From the NCBI GenBank assembly GCA_049840735.1, contig JASGJN010000013.1, forward strand, positions 608,001 to 672,000: a DNA stretch of 64,000 nucleotides, written 5' to 3'. A program made the translations under genes and the position numbers. Of the stretch, positions 56,806-64,000 are shown in pieces. Source of the DNA: Anaeromyxobacter sp. (GTDB taxonomy: Bacteria; Myxococcota; Myxococcia; Myxococcales; Anaeromyxobacteraceae). Numbering within the stretch: the stretch's first letter is position 1; every line of letters begins with the position of its first letter. The notes below the pieces were generated by a model. It had not been told where the DNA came from. It ran no database searches and saw nothing but the letters and a program-made list of their open reading frames with translations.

Positions 56806-58163
56806 GCCTTCGCTCCCCGCCGGCGCACCCGGCGCGCGGCGCGGCCCGCCGGCCGCCCGCCCTTGGCTACCCGCACCTCCACCGCCCGCCAGTGCGCCTC
56901 CAGCCCCTCGGCCCGCGCCAGCTGCTCCACCGCCGGCGCCACCGCCGCCAGCGCCCGCGGCGAGAGCTCCAGCACGCTCATCCGCCGCCGGAAGGTGGCC
57001 ACCGAGAGCGGCGACGCGAAGCGGGCCGTCCCGGCGGTGGGGAGCACGTGGCTGGGGCCGGCGAGGTAGTCGCCCACCGCCTCGGGCGTGGACGACCCCA
57101 CGAACACGGCCCCCGCCCGCGCCAGGCGCGGCACCAGCCTGGCCGCGTCCTTCACGTGCAGCGCCAGGTGCTCGGGCGCGTAGGCGTCCGCCAGGCGGAC
57201 CGCCTCGGGCAGCCCGGCCGTCACCACCGTCGCGGCCCGCTCGGCGATGGACCGCGCCGCGATCTCGCGCCGGGGCAGGAGCGCCAGCTGCCGCTCCACC
57301 TCGGCCGCCACCGCGTCGGCCAGCCGCGCCGAGGGCGTGACCAGCACCGCCACCGCGCGCACGTCGTGCTCGGCCTGGGCCAGCAGGTCGCTGGCCACCT
57401 CGGCCGGATCGGCCGCGCCGTCGGCGACCACCAGGATCTCGCTGGGGCCGGCGATCATGTCGATGTCGACCTGGCCGAACACCAGCCGCTTGGCCGCCGC
57501 CACGTAGGCGTTGCCGGGGCCGCCGATCTTGTCCACCGCCGGCACCGTCGCCGTGCCGTAGGCCAGCGCCGCCACGGCCTGCGCGCCGCCCACGCGGAAG
57601 AGCCGGGAGACGCCGGCCACGTGGCAGGCGGCCAGCGTCCATGCGTCCATCTGGCCCGTGCCGCGCACGCCCGGCGACGTGACCACCACCTCCGGGACGC
57701 CCGCCACGCGGGCCGGGATGGCGGTCATGAGGACCGAGGACGGGTAGCGGGCGGTGCCACCCGGCACGTACAGCCCGACCCGCGCCAGCGGCCGGACCAC
57801 CTGCGCCAGCTTCGCGCCGGCGGCGTCCTTGAACGGCCGGACCTCGGCGTCGCGCTCGCGCGCGTGGAAGGCCTCCACCCGCTTCGCCGCCAGCGTCAGC
57901 GACCGGCGGCCTTCGGCGGGCAGGCCCTTGAAGGCCTTCCGGAAATCGTCCGGCCCGAGGGCCAGCCCGGCCGCGGTGCCCGGGTCCCAGCCGTCCAGCC
58001 GGCGGGTGTGCTCCAGCAGGGCCAGGTCGCCGCGTCTGCGCACGTCGGCGACGATGGCGGCGGCCGCCTCACGGACGCTGGCCTCGTCATCGTCGCTGCC
58101 GCGGGCGCACACCTTGGCCCACGCGGCGGGGAAGTCCGGCTGTCGGGTCTCTAGCCTGAGCAC
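56802..58163 (-). CDS. hisD: Histidinol dehydrogenase
   Basis: [54 protein letters not shown]. Confidence 0.97.
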   Translation of the reverse strand: MLRLETRQPDFPAAWAKVCARGSDDDEASVREAAAAIVADVRRRGDLALLEHTRRLDGWDPGTAAGLALGPDDFRKAFKGLPAEGRRSLTLAAKRVEAFHARERDAEVRPFKDAAGAKLAQVVRPLARVGLYVPGGTARYPSSVLMTAIPARVAGVPEVVVTSPGVRGTGQMDAWTLAACHVAGVSRLFRVGGAQAVAALAYGTATVPAVDKIGGPGNAYVAAAKRLVFGQVDIDMIAGPSEILVVADGAADPAEVASDLLAQAEHDVRAVAVLVTPSARLADAVAAEVERQLALLPRREIAARSIAERAATVVTAGLPEAVRLADAYAPEHLALHVKDAARLVPRLARAGAVFVGSSTPEAVGDYLAGPSHVLPTAGTARFASPLSVATFRRRMSVLELSPRALAAVAPAVEQLARAEGLEAHWRAVEVRVAKGGRPAGRAARRVRRRGAKA

Positions 58164-58251
58164 GCGAAGTCCTCGAAAGCGCGAAGTTATAAGGGATTCC
58201 ACAGCCTTTGGCGAGCGATGGGGCGCCGCGCGCCCGTCCGCGCCCTGCGCG

Positions 58252-58270
58252 ATCTGGGGTTTCCCCGGAT
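58252..58270. promoter_or_regulatory. Palindromic box upstream of LuxR gene 1
   Basis: ATCTGGGG-TTT-CCCCGGAT. Confidence 0.55.
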
Positions 58271-58330
58271 ACCGCGCGTCGGTCGAACGAGTACTCTCCC
58301 CACCACACTCGCACGGGGGGGGCCCGGCGT

Positions 58331-58891
58331 ATGGACAGGAATGCCACGCGCGCAAATAGCGCGCGGGATGAGTCGGTGAGCGACGGCCGTGACAGGTACC
58401 TGGACGGACCAGCGGATCCCGAGGCGCTGGCCCGCATCGCGCCCGCGGCGCTGACCGCTGCGCTGGAGGCCATCCCGGCTCCGGCGTTCCTGGTGCGCAA
58501 GCCGGACGTGGTGCTCTACGCCAACCGGCGCGGGCGGGCGCTGCTCGCGTCCGATCCCGACCGCGTGCAGGCGGCGCTGACGGGCGCCCCCGGCGCGCGC
58601 GGCCCGGCGGTGTTCCAGGTCGATCGCCCGGATCACCACCTGGTGGTGCTGCCCGACCTCGAGTCGAACGCGGCCTCCAAGGTGGCGGTGGTGGCGCAGC
58701 GCTGGGGGCTCACCCCGCGCCAGACCGCGGTGCTGGAGCTGGTGGCCCAGGGCGAGTCCAACCGCACCGTGGCCGCCCGGCTCGGCTGCTCCGAGAAGAC
58801 GGTGGAGCTCCACGTCTCCGCGCTGCTGGCCAAGACCCACTGCACCAGCCGCTCGCAGCTGGTGGCCAGCTTCTGGACCGATCCGGGCTGA
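58331..58891 (+). CDS. LuxR-type HTH regulator with degenerate PAS-like region
   Basis: LTPRQTAVLELVAQGESNRTVAARLGCSEKTVELHVSALLAK; start uncertain. Confidence 0.88.
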   Translation: MDRNATRANSARDESVSDGRDRYLDGPADPEALARIAPAALTAALEAIPAPAFLVRKPDVVLYANRRGRALLASDPDRVQAALTGAPGARGPAVFQVDRPDHHLVVLPDLESNAASKVAVVAQRWGLTPRQTAVLELVAQGESNRTVAARLGCSEKTVELHVSALLAKTHCTSRSQLVASFWTDPG

Positions 58892-58912
58892 GCCGCCGGC
58901 AGCCGCGCGCCG

Positions 58913-58932
58913 ATCGAGGGATACCCCTGGAT
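58913..58932. promoter_or_regulatory. Palindromic box upstream of LuxR gene 2
   Basis: ATCGAGGG-ATAC-CCCTGGAT, similar to the box at 58252. Confidence 0.55.
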
Positions 58933-59005
58933 GGGTGTACCGGTGTCCGGGCTCCTGCTACCATGACGCAACGGGAGGCAGGGGCTCGGACACAGGGTCG
59001 AAACC

Positions 59006-60037
59006 GTGGCGCGACGCAGGCGGAACGACAAGCTGGAGACGCTCCGGGAGCGCGTGGCCGCGCTCGAGCCGGGCGTGTCACCGCTCCCCATCGCGGCCGC
59101 GGGCCTGGTCGAGATCTTCGACGCAGCGCGCGGCGGCGCCTACATGGTCGAGCGGGCCAGCCAGGGCTCGCGGATGTCGTACTTCGTGGACGCGCTCGGC
59201 AACTGCGGCTCCTTCTTCGCGGACTTCGCGGCGTTGATCGCCAACCACCCGGGCGGCTGGGGCACCTTCGACTACGAGCACGTGCCGCAGGAGGCCCGGG
59301 ACCGCGCGCTGCGCGTGGCGCCGGACATCATCGAGGGGCTGGGCGCGCGGTCGCCGGCCGCCGCGGGCGTGCTCTCGCGCCACCCCTGGCTCGTGCGCGA
59401 GCACCAGCTGCGCGCGCTGATCTGCGACGGCGAGGAGCTGGTCGCGTGGCTGGGCGTACTGCGGGACCGGCCGTTCACGCAGGCCGAGGAGCGGGCCATG
59501 CAGCCGGTGGTGGACGCGCTGCGGGAGCGGCTGGTGCCGCACCGCCGGCTGGTGCGGAGCGGCGTGGCGGCCGGCGCGCTGGAGGCGGCGCTGGAGGCGG
59601 TGGGCGGGCCGGCCTTCCTGATGCGCGGCGAGGTGGTGGTCCACGCCAACCACGCCGGGCAGGCGCTGCTGGCGCGGGCCCCGCGGGCGCTGGAGCAGCT
59701 GCTCCGGGCCGGGCTGTCGGGCAGCGGCGGCGGAGACCTGAAGATCACCCGCGTCCCGGGCGCCGGTGGACCGGACCATCACCTGATCGTCGCGCACCCG
59801 CGGCCGCTGGACCTGGACCAGCGGCTGGAAGGGTTCGCGCAGCGGCACGGGCTCTCGCCCCGCCAGCGCGACGTGCTGCGGCTGGTGGTGCGGGGCGAGG
59901 CCAACAAGACCATCGCCGCCCAGCTCGAGTGCGCCGAGAGCACGGTGGAGCTGCACGTCACCGGCATCCTGGCCCGCACCGCGTGCGCCGGGCGCGCGGC
60001 GCTGGTGGCCCGCTTCTGGAGCGAGCGCGCGGCGTGA
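59006..60037 (+). CDS. LuxR-type HTH regulator with N-terminal putative sensor domain
   Basis: LSPRQRDVLRLVVRGEANKTIAAQLECAESTVELHV. Confidence 0.88.
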   Translation: MARRRRNDKLETLRERVAALEPGVSPLPIAAAGLVEIFDAARGGAYMVERASQGSRMSYFVDALGNCGSFFADFAALIANHPGGWGTFDYEHVPQEARDRALRVAPDIIEGLGARSPAAAGVLSRHPWLVREHQLRALICDGEELVAWLGVLRDRPFTQAEERAMQPVVDALRERLVPHRRLVRSGVAAGALEAALEAVGGPAFLMRGEVVVHANHAGQALLARAPRALEQLLRAGLSGSGGGDLKITRVPGAGGPDHHLIVAHPRPLDLDQRLEGFAQRHGLSPRQRDVLRLVVRGEANKTIAAQLECAESTVELHVTGILARTACAGRAALVARFWSERAA

Positions 60038-60097
60038 GCGCGCGCCCTGCGCGGGCGCCCTGCGGCCGCCACCGCGGCCTGCTAGATTCGCCCCCGC

Positions 60098-61224
60098 ATG
60101 GACCCCCGCCCCGACCGCACCGACCTCTGGCTCCAGAACCTGGTGGACGAGCGCGACGGCGCCGCGCTGTACGAGGGGCTGGCGCGCCACGAGCGCGAGC
60201 CCGAGAAGGCGCGGGCCTTCCGCGAGCTGGCCGAGGCCGAGCGCCGCCACGCCGCCATCTGGGAGCGCAAGCTGGTGAAGGCCGGCGTGACCCTGCCGCC
60301 GGACCGGGCCAGCTCGCGGGTGCGGGCGCTGGTCTGGCTGGCGCGCCGCCTGGGCAGCGCGGCGGTGGTGCCCATGGTCCTCGAGACCGAGGCCGGCGAC
60401 GCCGACAAGTACGACGCGCAGGGCGGCGAGGCCACCGAGATCGCCGAGGAGGAGCGCGCGCACCGGCGGGTGCTGGACGGCCTGCGCCGCGGCGATCCGG
60501 AGGGCGCGCGGCCGCTCATCGCGCAGCGCGAGCGGTGGCACCGCGGCGGCGGCCGGGCCGGCGCGGTCCGCGCCGCCATCTTCGGCATGAACGACGGCCT
60601 GGTCTCCAACCTGCTGCTGATCCTGGGCGTGGCCGGCGCCGGGGTGGAGCCGCACGGCGTGGTGGTGACCGGGATGGCCGGCCTGCTGGCCGGCGCCTTC
60701 TCCATGGCCGCGGGCGAGTACACCTCGGTGGCCAGCCAGCGCGACCTGCTCACCCGCCAATCGCGCTCGAGAAGCGCGAGATCGAGGAGGCGCCGGAGGA
60801 GGAGGCCGCCGAGCTGGCGCTGATCTTCAAGCAGAAGGGGCTCTCGACGGAGCAGGCCAGCCGGACCGCCGCCGAGATCCTGAAGAACCCGGACAGCGCG
60901 CTCGACACGCTGGTGCGCGAGGAGCTGGGGCTCGACCCGGAGGACCTGGGCTCGCCCTGGGCCGCCGCCTACTCCTCCTTCCTGATGTTCGCGGTCGGGG
61001 CGGCGGTGCCGCTCCTCCCCTTCCTCTTCACCCGCGGCCCCTCCGCGGCCGGCTGGAGCGCCGGGCTGGCCGGGCTGGTGCTGGCCACGGTGGGCGGGCT
61101 GGTGGGCTTCCTCTCCGGCACCGGCGTGGTCCGCGCCGGCGGGCGCATGCTGGGGCTGGCGGGGCTGGCCGCCGGCGTCACCTACCTGGTGGGCCGGCTG
61201 TTCGGGACGGCAATCGGAGGGTAG
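60098..61224 (+). CDS. Rubrerythrin-like + VIT1/CCC1 iron/manganese exporter (one apparent frameshift near 60759)
   Basis: EAERRH and EEERAH ferritin-like motifs; RAAIFGMNDGLVSN, AGAFSMAAGEY, REELGLDP. Confidence 0.92.
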
Positions 61225-61231
61225 CCCCCCG

Positions 61232-61456
61232 TCAGCTGCCGGTCGCCAGCAGCCTCGCCACCTGCTCGGCGAACCCCTCCGCCTCGGCCCGCAGCCGCGG
61301 GTCCGCGCCGTACCCGGAGAGCTCAGCCGCGCGCTCGGCGATGAGCTGCCCCCGCCGCAGCAGGAGCAGCAGCTCCTCGCGCTCGGCCTTCGTTCCCCGG
61401 TGGTCCCCGCGGCTGCGCCCGGCCCAGGCCGTGGCCGCCGGCTCCTCGCACCGCAC
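61232..61456 (-). CDS. Small hypothetical helical protein
   Basis: EREELLLLLRRGQLIAERAAELSGYGADPRLRAEAEGFAEQVARLL has host-like codon pattern; start uncertain. Confidence 0.4.
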   Translation of the reverse strand: MRCEEPAATAWAGRSRGDHRGTKAEREELLLLLRRGQLIAERAAELSGYGADPRLRAEAEGFAEQVARLLATGS

Positions 61457-61687
61457 CGCGCTGCCGTCCGTGTCGCGCAGAAGTCACCTCCAGCTGCCGG
61501 CGAGCGCTGCGTGGGCCCCGAACCCGCGCCAAGCACCCGCCTGCGACCCCCGCCATGGCGGGGTCGCCCGAGGTGCACGCTAGCGGAGCGCGGCGAGCCC
61601 CGGGGGGCAGGGTTTGCACCGGGGAGAGCAGGCCGGGCGCGAGGTCCCACCACCGCGGCGGGCCTCCCCGGCGCCCCGCGGGCGGCG

Positions 61688-62737
61688 TCAGGCGGGGCCG
61701 GGCTCCTCGCCCGCGCAGCGCTCCCGGAAGGCGGCCGGACCGACCCCGGCGCCCTGCCGGAAGAAGCGGGAGAACGCGGTGGGCGTGCTGAACCCCAGCC
61801 GCGCCCCCACCTCGCCCAGGGGGAGCGGGGTGTCCTCCAGCAGGCGCCGGGCCTCCTCCAGCTTCACCCGGGCCCAGAGCGCCTTGAAGGTGACCTGCTC
61901 CTCCTCCTGCAGCCGGCGCCGCAGCGTCCAGCGGGTCATCCCCAGCTCCGCGCAGAGCCGCTCCAGCAGCCGCTCCGGCGCGCCCCCGCGGTGCTGCTCC
62001 GCCGGGACCGCCCGCCGCAGCGCCCGCTCCACGCGCAGGGAGAGGCACTCCCTGCGCTCGAGCTCGGCCAGCTCCAGCGAGAGGCGCCGGGCCAGCACCG
62101 CCGCGGCGGCGGCGTTGTAGTGCGGGAACGGAACCTCGAGTCGCGCCCGCGGCAGCTCCAGGACGCTGGCCGGCGCACCGCCGGTGACCCGCCCCGGGTG
62201 ACGCGCCGCCAGCCACCGCGGCGGCTCTCCCTGGAGCTCCATCCGGCACTGCTCCGGCGCGGCCCCGTCGTAGGCGCGGGCCACCGACACCAGCTCGGAG
62301 AAGGTCCAGGCGGCCTGGTCGGCCGCGCACGCCAGCGGCCCCTCGGCCACGTGCTCGACGCGGATCCGCCGAGCGCCCACGTGGAGCCGGACGGACCCCG
62401 TCTCGTCCACCAGCGGGCGGAACTTCAGGAAGGCGGCCAGCGCCGCGCGCAGCGTGGGCGCGTTCAGCCAGTGCCCCACCAGCAAGGGCATGGCGTCCTC
62501 CAGCCGCGCGCCCGCCGGCGGCTCCGCCGCGCCCGCGCCGGCGGCGCGGAGCTGCGCCAGCGATTCCAGGTATCTGGCCTGGCCGATCCGGGCCGCGGGA
62601 TCGTCCACCTCCGCCGCGGTGAGCCCGGCGGCCTGCAGGAACGCCTCCGGCGCCAGCCCGGCCTGCTCGGCCAGGCGCAGGGCGCGGCGGACCAGGAAGC
62701 TCGCGACGGTCTTGGAGCGGTGGGCCGCGCCCGGCAT
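61688..62737 (-). CDS. AraC family regulator (N-terminal ligand-binding domain, OruR/VqsM-like architecture)
   Basis: LGMTRWTLRRRL, LGEVGARLGFSTPTAFSRFFR. Confidence 0.9.
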   Translation of the reverse strand: MPGAAHRSKTVASFLVRRALRLAEQAGLAPEAFLQAAGLTAAEVDDPAARIGQARYLESLAQLRAAGAGAAEPPAGARLEDAMPLLVGHWLNAPTLRAALAAFLKFRPLVDETGSVRLHVGARRIRVEHVAEGPLACAADQAAWTFSELVSVARAYDGAAPEQCRMELQGEPPRWLAARHPGRVTGGAPASVLELPRARLEVPFPHYNAAAAAVLARRLSLELAELERRECLSLRVERALRRAVPAEQHRGGAPERLLERLCAELGMTRWTLRRRLQEEEQVTFKALWARVKLEEARRLLEDTPLPLGEVGARLGFSTPTAFSRFFRQGAGVGPAAFRERCAGEEPGPA

Positions 62738-62747
62738 CGCGGCCCGC

Positions 62748-63809
62748 TCAGCGCTGCCCGCGCCGGCCCGGCGCGAGGCGCCCGGCGCGGTAGCTGCCGG
62801 GGGCGACCCCCGCCTCGGCGCGGAAGAAGCGGGTGAAGGAGCTCTGGGAGGCGAAGCCCAGCCGGTCGCTCACCTCGGCCAGCGAGAGGCCGGACCCGTC
62901 CAGCAGCCGCTTCGCCTCCGCCACCCGCACCGCGGTGAGCAGGTCCTTGAAGCAGACCCCCTCCCCGGCCAGCCGGCGCCCCAGCGTCCAGCGCGACACG
63001 CCCAGCTCGTTGCAGAGCGCCTCCAGCACCGCCTCGGGGCCGCCGCCCGCGGCCGGCGCGGCCACCGAGCGTTGCAGGGCGCGCTCCGCCTTCGCCGCGA
63101 AGGAGGGCGCGCGGGCCAGGTCCCGCAGCTCGCGCGCCAGCTGGCCCAGCACCAGCCCCTGCAGCGCCTGGTTGTGGCCGGAGAAGGGCACGTCCAGGAG
63201 CTGGCGGGGGATGTCGAGGAAGTTGGTCTGCTGCTCGTAGGCCACCGGCCCGGAGAGGAGGCGCTCCCGGCCGGCCCGCAGGGCGCGAGGCGGCGGCGGC
63301 CCCACCAGCCCGGCGGAGAGCCGCGCCGGCGTCCCCTGCTCGTAGGCGCGGACCACGTGCGCCACCACGCAGAGGTTCCCGGCCGCCTGCCACGGCGCGT
63401 ACCGCTGCGGCCCCTCGGCCGCGTACTCGACCCTGAGCGTCGCGCCGGCCTCGCGGGCGGTCACGACGTCGAACTCGCCGAGGATGGGCCGGTAGGCGAT
63501 GAAGGTGTCGATGGCGGCGCGCAGCGTGGGCGCGTTGAGCCAGGCGGCCACCAGCGCCGGGAAGTGGACCTCGGACCAGGACAGCCCGGTCTCGTCGCCG
63601 GGCGGCACGGCGGGCGGCTGGAGCAGGTCCATCACGCCCAGGACGCGCTCGTAGCGGCTCCGCCCGGTGCGGCCCGCCGGGTCCTCGGCCTCCGCCGGCG
63701 TCACCCCGGTCCGCCGCGCGAACTCGGCGCCAGACATGCCGGCCCGCTCGGCGGCGAGCATCATGCTCCGCACGAGCGGGTTGGCGACTGACCTGGCCCC
63801 TGACGGCAT
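62748..63809 (-). CDS. AraC family regulator, paralogue of the downstream gene
   Basis: LGVSRWTLGRRL, LAEVSDRLGFASQSSFTRFFR; shared WLNAPTLRAA. Confidence 0.9.
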   Translation of the reverse strand: MPSGARSVANPLVRSMMLAAERAGMSGAEFARRTGVTPAEAEDPAGRTGRSRYERVLGVMDLLQPPAVPPGDETGLSWSEVHFPALVAAWLNAPTLRAAIDTFIAYRPILGEFDVVTAREAGATLRVEYAAEGPQRYAPWQAAGNLCVVAHVVRAYEQGTPARLSAGLVGPPPPRALRAGRERLLSGPVAYEQQTNFLDIPRQLLDVPFSGHNQALQGLVLGQLARELRDLARAPSFAAKAERALQRSVAAPAAGGGPEAVLEALCNELGVSRWTLGRRLAGEGVCFKDLLTAVRVAEAKRLLDGSGLSLAEVSDRLGFASQSSFTRFFRAEAGVAPGSYRAGRLAPGRRGQR

Positions 63810-63866
63810 CTGTCCTCCGGACGCGGCCGCGAAGCGCGCACCGGCCCCCCGGCCGGTGCGGCCAGC

Positions 63867-64000
63867 CTACCGCAGCCGGGGCCGGGTGGCACGCGGCGGC
63901 GCAGGCCGAGCTGCCCCGCGGCCGGCCCAGCCCTGCACCGCCGCCCGCCGCTCGACCCGCACCGGCAGGCCGCCGCGCACCAGCTCGGGAGCGGCCAGGA
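63867..64000 (-). CDS. Probable 3' end of a gene running off the window
   Basis: LAAPELVRGGLPVRVERRAAVQGWAG...LR-stop with GC3-rich codons. Confidence 0.35.
   Translation of the reverse strand, partial: LAAPELVRGGLPVRVERRAAVQGWAGRGAARPAPPRATRPRLR

Overview
Very GC-rich bacterial chromosome segment. Gene content and order point to Myxococcota, most likely Anaeromyxobacter-like (inference). Mostly core genome: surE-nlpD-apt, secA, M23 peptidase, PP2C phosphatase, recN-nadK, rarA, priA, def, rnhA-zinc ribbon-tRNA-Ile2, rpsU-yqeY-dnaG-rpoD and a his operon (hisD-B-H-A-F-I-E). Accessory pieces are a decayed AHH nuclease/Imm11/Imm49 toxin-immunity islet fused to a ketosynthase-like fragment, a 547-bp internally deleted IS5-type element with TIRs, a REP-like repeat with covarying stems, and tandem LuxR and AraC paralogue pairs. 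The sequence has long-read-type errors. The isolated frameshifts in def, rpoD, yqeY and the VIT gene, plus many suspicious substitutions, fall at GATC sites, which suggests a GATC DNA modification. About a dozen genes look leaderless or nearly so (TANNNT box 6-9 nt before the start, no Shine-Dalgarno). No CRISPR array, rRNA, prophage, retron or recognisable defence island was found, and I cannot support a clearly new multi-gene system. Product calls come from motif recognition by eye, not database searches.
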